Source: a virus (Duplodnaviria; Caudoviricetes). Taken from it: a stretch of 24,218 nucleotides of DNA. The stretch spans positions 1-24,218 of the IMG/VR virus record IMGVR_UViG_3300035676_000046; one strand, written 5' to 3'. The notes under the pieces were generated by a model that saw nothing but the letters and a program-made list of their open reading frames with translations, did no database searches and was not told the origin of the DNA. How positions within the stretch are numbered: position 1 is the stretch's first letter; every line of letters starts with the position of its first letter. Positions 6,761 through 14,173 of the stretch are shown piece after piece. Both the position numbers and the translations under genes were made by a program.

Positions 6761-7099
6761 ATGCCAAAAGACGCTTGTTATAAGAAGGTAAAGGCATCGT
6801 ATGATGTATTCCCATCGGCACGTGCTTCACAGGCTATCGCCAAGTGTCGTAAGGCATCGGGCAATGTTGTGAAGAGCGAGAAGGGTACATCATTAAAGCG
6901 TTGGGAGAAAGAGAAGTGGACCGATACACGCACAGGAAAAGCGTGTGGGGCAGGTGGAAACAATGAATATTGCAGACCAAAAGTAAGGGTGTCATCACAA
7001 ACACCAAAGACTATATCGGAGATATCTCCATCTAAATTGGCTTCAAAGAAGGCTGAGAAGGCGAGGGTAGGTATGGGTAAAAAGATTTCTAAAATTTAA
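6761..7099 (+). CDS. Conserved viral basic Cys-containing protein (DUF5872-like pattern)
   Basis: FPSARAS...SLKRWEKEKW...TGKACG...YCRPKVRVSSQTPKT; family name from memory. Confidence 0.7.
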   Translation: MPKDACYKKVKASYDVFPSARASQAIAKCRKASGNVVKSEKGTSLKRWEKEKWTDTRTGKACGAGGNNEYCRPKVRVSSQTPKTISEISPSKLASKKAEKARVGMGKKISKI

Positions 7100-7107
7100 T
7101 ATATTTG
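7100..7107 (+). promoter_or_regulatory. Bacteroidota -7 promoter box TATATTTG
   Basis: Intergenic, 22 nt before ATG 7130. Confidence 0.6.
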
Positions 7108-7129
7108 TCTAACTTAAAAATTAAAAAAA

Positions 7130-7360
7130 ATGAGAGACTATCCATTATCAACAACACCAAATCCTGCTCCATATTCAGGTGGTCCGGGAGACAAAGCATC
7201 AGATATTATTAAAGCAAAGGCTGAAGCTAAAGCTAAGAAGCTTCAAGCAAAAGGCGACCTTGCAAAAGCAAAGGCTGAAGCTAAAGCATTAAAAAACCAA
7301 TCAAGAGTAAGTGTAATTAATGCTGCTGCTAATGCTGCTGCTAATACACCAAAACGATAA
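7130..7360 (+). CDS. A/K-rich protein with RDYPLSxTPxP motif
   Basis: 76 aa; AKAEAKA occurs twice (histone H1-like composition). Confidence 0.75.
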   Translation: MRDYPLSTTPNPAPYSGGPGDKASDIIKAKAEAKAKKLQAKGDLAKAKAEAKALKNQSRVSVINAAANAAANTPKR

Positions 7361-7367
7361 TACTCTT

Positions 7368-7547
7368 ATGGGTATCAAAGCAAATGTACGCAGTAGGGGA
7401 CTTGGCGACAGTATCGCCAAGTTCACTAAGGCAACCGGCATTGAGAAGGCTGTTAAGACCGTAGCAAAGGCAGTGACAGGCTCTGAGGAGTGTGGTTGCA
7501 GCAAAAGACAAGATACATTAAACAGGGTATTCCCTTATAATAAATAA
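7368..7547 (+). CDS. Conserved small phage protein (GLGD...CGC..R...LN)
   Basis: Start moved to ATG 7368; SRGLGDSIAKFTKATGI...CGCSKRQDTLN. Confidence 0.75.
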   Translation: MGIKANVRSRGLGDSIAKFTKATGIEKAVKTVAKAVTGSEECGCSKRQDTLNRVFPYNK

Positions 7548-7552
7548 ATAAA

Positions 7553-8023
7553 ATGGCAACACAAAAATTACAAGTAGGACGAGCATTATCGGTTATACCG
7601 AGTGATGGTGTAGATATCCCATTCCCAATGACATCAGCAGCAGGAGTTGCGTCGGGTGGTTCAGCAACAACATTGGTTGATGCTACTGCCTCGTTCCTAT
7701 CAGGTGGTGTTAAAATTGGTGATGTTGTCTACAACACATCAACATCTGAAGCGATGTTGGTTATAGGTGTAGATAGCAACACGCAGGTTACAGTAGCTAC
7801 AGGAACAGCAGGATTTGCAGCAGGTAACAACTACACTATCTATCAAGGTAATAACAACGAAGGCTGTGTTCTTTATATAGGAACGGGTGGCGACTTGGAG
7901 ATAGAGACAACAGGTCGTGACCAAGTTGTGTTATTCAATGTTGCATCGGGGCAGTTTATTCCTATTCAAGTGATGCGAGTTACTACAGGAACAACGGCAA
8001 CGGACATTTTAGCTCTTTGGTAA
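7553..8023 (+). CDS. Putative virion structural (beta-rich) protein
   Basis: 156 aa, G/T/V rich; shares a domain with 22344..23354. Confidence 0.65.
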   Translation: MATQKLQVGRALSVIPSDGVDIPFPMTSAAGVASGGSATTLVDATASFLSGGVKIGDVVYNTSTSEAMLVIGVDSNTQVTVATGTAGFAAGNNYTIYQGNNNEGCVLYIGTGGDLEIETTGRDQVVLFNVASGQFIPIQVMRVTTGTTATDILALW

Positions 8024-8024
8024 G

Positions 8025-8177
8025 ATGAACGGATTAGCAATAGCTATTAATAACTTAATGCTTGTTGGTACATTAGAAAGTGCTCCAACCCCACCACCTC
8101 CACCAAATAATGTAGAGCTTCGTGAAGACGGAGGCTATGAGTTACGTGAGGATGGAGGATTAGAATTACGTCAATAA
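8025..8177 (+). CDS. Small Pro-linker/ELREDGG-repeat protein (not in ORF track)
   Basis: MNGLAIAINNLMLVGTLESAPTPPPPPNNVELREDGGYELREDGGLELRQ, 50 aa; fills the gap. Confidence 0.7.
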   Translation: MNGLAIAINNLMLVGTLESAPTPPPPPNNVELREDGGYELREDGGLELRQ

Positions 8178-8191
8178 TAAAAAGAAAATAA

Positions 8192-9607
8192 ATGGCAAAT
8201 TTAAAAGTTTCGCAAGAGGTTGATTTAGGGTTAGGTGGTATAGATGGCTCTGTAGAGTACAGGGTTATCAAGGGTGGTGGTACGTACAAGCAGTCGTATG
8301 CTGACCTATTTACATATATCAATAACAACGTAACACTTCAGTTGGTGTTAGACAATGACCACGATTTAGTGAGTGGCATTACTTTAATTGGTACAAGTGC
8401 AGGGAATGGTCAAATAGGAGTTGAAGTAACATTTATTGGCACACAAGCAGGTAACAGTAGTAATGGAGATAATGTTATTGGTATTGGATATCAAGCAGCA
8501 TCTGCTAATCAAGGTGAGTCTGTAATAGCATTAGGTACTGATGCAAATAATGCAAATACAGGAGATAATACCATAGGTATAGGATTCAAAGCATTGTATG
8601 GAAACACAAATAGCAACGCTATTGGAATAGGAAATCAATCAGGATTGGGTAACACATCAAATAATGTGGTATTTATTGGTAATGAAGCAGGAAAGTCTAA
8701 TAATAATGCTTATGTTATAGGTATTGGATATCAAGCAGCTAATTTAAATATTGGTACTGATGTTGTCGCCATTGGTACTCAGGCAGCTCAATCTAATCAA
8801 TCACCAAGCCTTATTGCAATAGGTTCAGGAGCAGGTGTAAATAATTCAGGACAGGAAGTAATAGGTATAGGACTTAGTTCTGTTTCAGGAAATACTGAAT
8901 CATCTGTTATAGGAATAGGTAATAATGCAGCAGTAAGTAATGCAGCATCTCAGGTTATTGCTATAGGAGAGAATGCAGCAAGAACTAATCAAGGATTCAA
9001 CACAATAGCCATTGGTCAAAATGCTGCTCTATCAAACCAAGCATCAAATGATGTTATTGCAATAGGGAACAATGCAGTGTATAATAATTCTGCTGCTTTT
9101 AATGCTGATATAATTGGGATAGGTCAATCAGCAGCTTATAATAATCAAGGATTTGCAGATGTTATTGCAATAGGTAACAGTGCTGCCTTTAACAATGTAA
9201 ACTCTAATGTTACTGCTATAGGAACAAGAGCATTTAGTGGTGGAGTAGGAGGAGGAATTATTGCTATTGGTCAGGATGCTTTAGCAGGTGCTGTTATTAA
9301 TAATGTAGATGTAAATGTAATAGCAATAGGTACAGCAGCAGGAAATGTATCTTCAGTAAGAGATTGTATTTATATAGGTCAAAATGCAGGAGATTCAAAT
9401 ACAGGAAGAGGTGTAGTAGCTATAGGTACAAATGCAGGTCTAACAAATGGGTTAGAAGGTCAATTTATTTTATCAAATGCTTCATTCCCTTCATTTGTTG
9501 ATGAGGCAACAGCTATTCTTAACTATTCAGGAGCTACTCTTTCAACAGGATGCTCTTACTTATATCACGACCAATCAGATAATACAGTTAAAGTTTATAG
9601 AACATAA
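8192..9607 (+). CDS. Tail fibre/spike with YadA-head-like beta-roll repeats
   Basis: About 22 repeats of about 16 aa, consensus xVIAIGxxAxxxNxxx; N-terminal TLQLVLDN. Confidence 0.75.
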   Translation: MANLKVSQEVDLGLGGIDGSVEYRVIKGGGTYKQSYADLFTYINNNVTLQLVLDNDHDLVSGITLIGTSAGNGQIGVEVTFIGTQAGNSSNGDNVIGIGYQAASANQGESVIALGTDANNANTGDNTIGIGFKALYGNTNSNAIGIGNQSGLGNTSNNVVFIGNEAGKSNNNAYVIGIGYQAANLNIGTDVVAIGTQAAQSNQSPSLIAIGSGAGVNNSGQEVIGIGLSSVSGNTESSVIGIGNNAAVSNAASQVIAIGENAARTNQGFNTIAIGQNAALSNQASNDVIAIGNNAVYNNSAAFNADIIGIGQSAAYNNQGFADVIAIGNSAAFNNVNSNVTAIGTRAFSGGVGGGIIAIGQDALAGAVINNVDVNVIAIGTAAGNVSSVRDCIYIGQNAGDSNTGRGVVAIGTNAGLTNGLEGQFILSNASFPSFVDEATAILNYSGATLSTGCSYLYHDQSDNTVKVYRT

Positions 9608-9610
9608 AAT

Positions 9611-9844
9611 ATGGAAATACAATTCTCAACCCCAAAAGATGTTGTTGTCGTTAAGGAACGAAAGACAACAATCGAAAAGATAACAGTATTAGAACTTATT
9701 GACTTACCAAGCAAGAAGCAGGTGACAGCAAAAACAATCGAGTTAGGTATCCTTGTTTTATGGAAGGATGCTGAGTACGATGCTATCGGTCAATGGACAG
9801 ATACTGATGTAATCAATAAATTGAACGAACTTTATAATAGCTAA
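9611..9844 (+). CDS. Hypothetical protein, possible fibre-associated/assembly factor
   Basis: 77 aa directly after the fibre gene; LVLWKDAEYDAIGQWTDTDV. Confidence 0.65.
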   Translation: MEIQFSTPKDVVVVKERKTTIEKITVLELIDLPSKKQVTAKTIELGILVLWKDAEYDAIGQWTDTDVINKLNELYNS

Positions 9845-9852
9845 GTGTTAAG

Positions 9853-10065
9853 ATGGTACTTGACATTGTAAAATTAGATGACTTGAAGGTTTATGGCGTG
9901 AATACGGTGTGTGTCATCGTACTAAAATTGAAGGATATGACTCCTGAGTTATCGGCTCTATTGCTGATAACAACTATAGCGTACACGATTGTTCGTACTA
10001 TTAACGAGATACAAAAATTCAGAAATGGCAAAGCAAATAAAGGCAGCACCGAAGAGGATAATTAG
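9853..10065 (+). CDS. Putative holin-like membrane protein
   Basis: 70 aa; hydrophobic LSALLLITTIAYTIV plus a charged tail; upstream of the endolysin. Confidence 0.55.
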   Translation: MVLDIVKLDDLKVYGVNTVCVIVLKLKDMTPELSALLLITTIAYTIVRTINEIQKFRNGKANKGSTEEDN

Positions 10066-10162
10066 AACGGTAAAGCGTAAGGGCGTTGTTGCCAAGACTA
10101 AATCAAGTTCATTGAAGAGTAGTAAGAACTACGTTAAAAAGAATAGAGGTCAAGGACGATGA
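10025..10162 (+). CDS. Small very basic protein ending KNYVKKNRGQGR (not in ORF track)
   Basis: MAKQIKAAPKRIIRTVKRKGVVAKTKSSSLKSSKNYVKKNRGQGR, 45 aa; ATGA overlap with the endolysin. Confidence 0.7.
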   Translation: MAKQIKAAPKRIIRTVKRKGVVAKTKSSSLKSSKNYVKKNRGQGR

Positions 10163-10605
10163 ATCTAACCAAGAACTTCACTTTAAAGGAGATGTACGAG
10201 AGTACGACAGCTATCCGATTAGGTATCGACAATACCCCATCGGATATTGTCATAAAGAACCTATTGCTATTATGTAAGAAGGTGCTTCAGCCATTGCGTG
10301 AGCATATGGATGAGTCTATTAAGGTGAGCAGTGGTTACAGAAATCCTGAGCTCAATAAAAAGATTGGTGGTAGCAAGTCAAGCCAACATTGTTTGGGTCA
10401 AGCTGCTGATATCAGTTGTGGAGAAAGGACGGCTGAGATATACGAGTATATTAAAAATAATCTTATCTTCGACCAACTAATATGGGAGTTCGGAACGGAT
10501 GAAAATCCTGCTTGGGTTCACGTATCATACTCTTCAACAAACAACCGAAAGGAATGTTTAAGAGCATATAAAGTAAACGGTAAAACAGTATATCAACATA
10601 TATGA
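10159..10605 (+). CDS. Endolysin, peptidase M15A-type Zn peptidase
   Basis: SGYR...LN..IGG...SQH..GQAADI...FDQLIWE...WVHVS (H-x6-D...H zinc ligands). Confidence 0.9.
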   Translation: MNLTKNFTLKEMYESTTAIRLGIDNTPSDIVIKNLLLLCKKVLQPLREHMDESIKVSSGYRNPELNKKIGGSKSSQHCLGQAADISCGERTAEIYEYIKNNLIFDQLIWEFGTDENPAWVHVSYSSTNNRKECLRAYKVNGKTVYQHI

Positions 10606-10835
10606 AATCAACGTATTTAACAATCAATGTATCAGACCTTGTTAAGGGTGCTACGGTTGCAGCAGGAACAGTGATGCTATCGTTAATCGGTAGTATGATT
10701 GAGTCGGGTGCTTTCATAACGGATGAGCAGTTAGTAATAGCTGTAAAGACAGGGGTATTGGCAGCAGTAAGCTACCTAATTAAGAATGTCTTTACGAACT
10801 CAAAGGACGAAATGTTTAAATCAGAATCAAATTAA
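10602..10835 (+). CDS. Two-TM membrane protein, putative holin
   Basis: 77 aa; two hydrophobic helices; ATGA overlap with the endolysin. Confidence 0.6.
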   Translation: MKSTYLTINVSDLVKGATVAAGTVMLSLIGSMIESGAFITDEQLVIAVKTGVLAAVSYLIKNVFTNSKDEMFKSESN

Positions 10836-10846
10836 AATAAATCAAA

Positions 10847-11074
10847 ATGACTTACTTACAAAAAGAAGAATTGGAGAAAATCCAAGAGATGAACGCAGAG
10901 TTCACAAAATTAAAGATTGCACTTGGCGAGACTGAGTTGCAGAAACAAACGGTTATCAAAGCTATCGACGAGTTAAAGACATCATTTGCTATGCAGGAGA
11001 GGATGTTGATTGACAAGTATGGTGCTGATGCTGTGATTAATATTCAAACAGGCGAGGTAACTCAAAAACAATAA
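10847..11074 (+). CDS. Coiled-coil hypothetical protein
   Basis: 75 aa with heptad pattern; C-terminal KYGADAVINIQTGEV. Confidence 0.75.
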   Translation: MTYLQKEELEKIQEMNAEFTKLKIALGETELQKQTVIKAIDELKTSFAMQERMLIDKYGADAVINIQTGEVTQKQ

Positions 11075-11078
11075 TACT

Positions 11079-11420
11079 ATGACACCGGGTAAATTTATCG
11101 GGACTTTGTTCCATTCAAGAAATGTAATGCACATTGCACACTTGCAGACGACATCGTTTGCAGAGCACAAGGCATTAAACGGATACTACGATAGCATCCT
11201 TGAACTGACAGACAACTTTTCAGAGGTTTACTTTGGTAGATTCAAGAGGGTAGAGATTGTAATCCCTGAAGCAAAGAATATGGACGCTATCTCTCACTTA
11301 AAGGAGATGCAGTCAATAGTTGAGTCAGAGAGAGGCAACTACACATCGGAGTTGCAGAATATTATGGATGAGATGCTTAGTTTGATTAACAAGACATTAT
11401 ATCTTCTAACCCTAAACTAA
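11079..11420 (+). CDS. Ferritin/Dps-like four-helix protein (DUF5856-like)
   Basis: HIAHLQTTSFAEHKALNGYYDSILELTDNFSE...ELQNIMDE...KTLYLLTL resembles Dps ferroxidase ligand spacing. Confidence 0.7.
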   Translation: MTPGKFIGTLFHSRNVMHIAHLQTTSFAEHKALNGYYDSILELTDNFSEVYFGRFKRVEIVIPEAKNMDAISHLKEMQSIVESERGNYTSELQNIMDEMLSLINKTLYLLTLN

Positions 11421-11427
11421 AAAAACA

Positions 11428-12627
11428 ATGGCTAAAATAAGCTCATACCCGTCGGACGCTAACGTAACGACGAGCGATAGATTAATAGGCAGCGACAATG
11501 AGAACTCCAACGAAACAAAGAACTTTGCTGTTGGGGATATTATCAATCTTGCTCAAAGTATCATAGGTCCAAACTTTGTTCCATACACAGGAGCAACAGG
11601 AAATGTTGACTTAGGTAATAATAGCTTAGACGCTGATGTTATAAATGCAGGTGATGTTTATGCTAATAATCTATTTAATTCAGGTGGTAATCCATCAGTA
11701 TTTGTTGGAGATGATTCTGCTTCTCCTGTAGGATTACTCATTAATACATCAACTAAGACTTTTAAATTAGGTGATTATAATGGTAATTTCAATGCTACTC
11801 ACATAGCTATTGAAGATAGTTCATCAAGAATAACATTTGTTGGAGGATTTAATCTTTCTAATGGACAAGGAACAGCAGGTCAGGTATTGACAAGTGCAGG
11901 AGCAGGAGCAACTCCTACTTGGACATCATTGCCTAATTTTTCAACATTTGTTCCATACACAGGAGCAACAACTAATGTTGACTTAGGGGGATATGGATTA
12001 ACTACATCTTATCTAACATCTACTTTAGGAATACGTACAGATGGAGCTATTAGTCTTAATGGAGACGAAGGTGGTATAGGAGAAGTATTAATAAGTACCG
12101 GAGCAGGTTCAGTACCTGTTTGGACTGATATAAATGGATTAATTACAAGCAATCTTTACAAAGGTAGCTTCTACGATACCATTACACAAACATTAACAGG
12201 TGGAGCAAATGTTGCAGTTCCTGTTATTTTGCGTGATACGGATGCCCTTTCTACTAATGGTATATCTATCGTTACAGATGGAACAAACCTTTCAAGAATA
12301 ACATTTGCTAATGCAGGTACTTATAACATATTGTTCTCTGCTCAGTTAGCAAACTCAGCAGGTACATCTCAGACCGTTGATTTTTGGTTGAGACAGAATG
12401 GTTCTACTGCTGCTGCTAACATTCCAAATACTAATGGTAAGGTTTTATTGCAGGGTAATGCTAACTATTTAATGGCTGCTTGGAACTACTTCGTAACTGT
12501 AGCTGCCGGTGATTACATCCAACTTATGTGGACTGCAACATCAACAAACATAACAATGGTTGCTGATGCAGCAACAGCAGTACATCCTGCAACTCCAAGC
12601 ATTATATTAACAGCAAACATAGTGTAA
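11428..12627 (+). CDS. Tail fibre-like protein with duplicated shaft module and C-terminal C1q/TNF(BclA)-like domain
   Basis: 2x FVPYTGATxNVDLG...GxVLxSxGAGxxPxWT; C-terminal ITFANAGTYNILFSAQL...AGDYIQLMW. Confidence 0.7.
   Translation: MAKISSYPSDANVTTSDRLIGSDNENSNETKNFAVGDIINLAQSIIGPNFVPYTGATGNVDLGNNSLDADVINAGDVYANNLFNSGGNPSVFVGDDSASPVGLLINTSTKTFKLGDYNGNFNATHIAIEDSSSRITFVGGFNLSNGQGTAGQVLTSAGAGATPTWTSLPNFSTFVPYTGATTNVDLGGYGLTTSYLTSTLGIRTDGAISLNGDEGGIGEVLISTGAGSVPVWTDINGLITSNLYKGSFYDTITQTLTGGANVAVPVILRDTDALSTNGISIVTDGTNLSRITFANAGTYNILFSAQLANSAGTSQTVDFWLRQNGSTAAANIPNTNGKVLLQGNANYLMAAWNYFVTVAAGDYIQLMWTATSTNITMVADAATAVHPATPSIILTANIV
11575..11987 (+). repeat. 41-bp intragenic direct repeat (11575-11615 and 11947-11987)
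   Basis: TTTGTTCCATACACAGGAGCAACA-nnn-AATGTTGACTTAGG; 38/41 identical, 372 bp apart. Confidence 0.9.
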
Positions 12628-12854
12628 TGGACATAAGAAAGATAGCCATTGGTCCTGACTATAAAAGTGGAGCTATGCACTACATTGTAGGGCAGAAGGT
12701 TCTTGGGGATACCAATGAAATCCATCTTATTAAGTTTAATTCAGAGAAGCAGTCTATTCAAATCTACATCATAAATCAAAAGGGAGAGGTTGTTCTTTGG
12801 AAGGAGTTCAACTCAACCGTACCAATTTCAATCGAATATAATATAAATTACTAA
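12627..12854 (+). CDS. Hypothetical protein
   Basis: 75 aa; TAATG coupling on both sides. Confidence 0.8.
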   Translation: MDIRKIAIGPDYKSGAMHYIVGQKVLGDTNEIHLIKFNSEKQSIQIYIINQKGEVVLWKEFNSTVPISIEYNINY

Positions 12855-13417
12855 TGAGGTCGCCATTCTATTTCATCGCAAGACCAAACAAGGGGAAGCG
12901 ATACGACAACACAAAGGAGATAGGTGGCATAGAACTAATAGTAAGCACATCTGAGGAGGACCATAAGTTCTCCAACAGATACGCTGAGGTTATTGAAGTG
13001 CCATTGGGATACGAAGGACCTATTGCTCCGGGAGATACACTATTAGTACATCACAACGCTTTCAAATTCTATAATGATATGAAGGGAAGACAAAAGAGTG
13101 GTAAGAGTTTCTTTAAAGACGATAAGTTCTTTATTGAGCCTGACCAATTCTTCCTTTACAAGAAGGATAGCGATTGGTGTACGCACGACAGATACTGCTT
13201 CGTGAAGCCTATCCCTGCAACGGAATCCTATATCAGTAAACCATTCTCAGAAGAACCATTGATGGGTGTTATGAAGTACCCAAATGAATACTTAATAAGC
13301 AGAGGTGTAAGGGCAGGGGATAAGGTATGCTTTGCTCCCGATAGTGAATACGAGTTCACTGTTGATGGAGAGAAGCTGTACCGAATGTACGACCATCAGA
13401 TAACAATTAAGCTATGA
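12854..13417 (+). CDS. GroES-like protein (apparent tandem GroES-fold domains)
   Basis: N-half KEIGGIELIV...AEVIEVP...IAPGDTLLV; C-half FVKP...GVMKY...GVRAGDKVCF...EFTVDGEKLYRM. Confidence 0.55.
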   Translation: MRSPFYFIARPNKGKRYDNTKEIGGIELIVSTSEEDHKFSNRYAEVIEVPLGYEGPIAPGDTLLVHHNAFKFYNDMKGRQKSGKSFFKDDKFFIEPDQFFLYKKDSDWCTHDRYCFVKPIPATESYISKPFSEEPLMGVMKYPNEYLISRGVRAGDKVCFAPDSEYEFTVDGEKLYRMYDHQITIKL

Positions 13418-13911
13418 ACATAATCCTAATGGATAACGTCATTAAAAATCCTGATGCTTATACTAAAAGTATTTTGCATAATAATTTCTATGATATTCAG
13501 ATAGGAGAACAATTATTCAAGGGAATACAACCAAGACCGTATGATGATGAGTTCGCTCGTTTTGCTACGCAGTATTTCCCTGAGTTTGTTGTCGTTTATA
13601 ACTTTGTTCGTAAATCACCAATGGGTCAGGAAGAGCCTAATTTCATTCATAGTGATGAAATGATGGGTGATGTGACGTTAATACTATATCTTAATAAAGA
13701 ACATCCTAAGGAGGATGGAACAACAATATATGAAGAGGATGGCAGCATAGCTATGACTGCCTACTCAAAGTATAATAGAGTGTTTGGCTTTGAGTCTAAT
13801 ATGCCACACTCACGCAATATTTATCAGAACTTTGGCGATGGAGATTCGTCAAGGCTGATACAAGTCATATTCTTAAAATATATTCCTGATGAAGAGTACG
13901 AAGGAGATTAA
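13414..13911 (+). CDS. 2OG-Fe(II) oxygenase superfamily protein
   Basis: FIHSD (HxD), TLILYLN, GTTIY, KYNR, PHSR (distal His) and RLIQVIF (2OG Arg). Confidence 0.8.
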   Translation: MNIILMDNVIKNPDAYTKSILHNNFYDIQIGEQLFKGIQPRPYDDEFARFATQYFPEFVVVYNFVRKSPMGQEEPNFIHSDEMMGDVTLILYLNKEHPKEDGTTIYEEDGSIAMTAYSKYNRVFGFESNMPHSRNIYQNFGDGDSSRLIQVIFLKYIPDEEYEGD

Positions 13912-14173
13912 GGAGAGAATTATAGCAGCAGGATACGAAGCTGTCGAGCAACTGATAAAGGTTGCTAAGGAGGATATTATCAAGCCAAATGCTGACGATG
14001 AGTTAGCAGCCGACAAGTTAAAGAACGCTGCGGCTACAAAGAAGTTAGCTATTTTTGATGCATTTGAGATATTAAGCAGGATAGAGGCTGAGAAAGAAAA
14101 CCTCGATACAATTAATAGTGGTCCAAACAAAATAGAATCAATACAAGGATTTGCTGAAAGAAGGTCAAAATAG
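13889..14173 (+). CDS. Putative terminase small subunit
   Basis: 94-aa helical protein immediately upstream of and overlapping TerL; call is positional. Confidence 0.5.
   Translation: MKSTKEIKERIIAAGYEAVEQLIKVAKEDIIKPNADDELAADKLKNAAATKKLAIFDAFEILSRIEAEKENLDTINSGPNKIESIQGFAERRSK

Noticed and set aside
11575-11987. DGR template/variable repeat pair
   Set aside because: Only 41 bp, mismatches are one codon and not adenine-specific, and no reverse transcriptase is in the window
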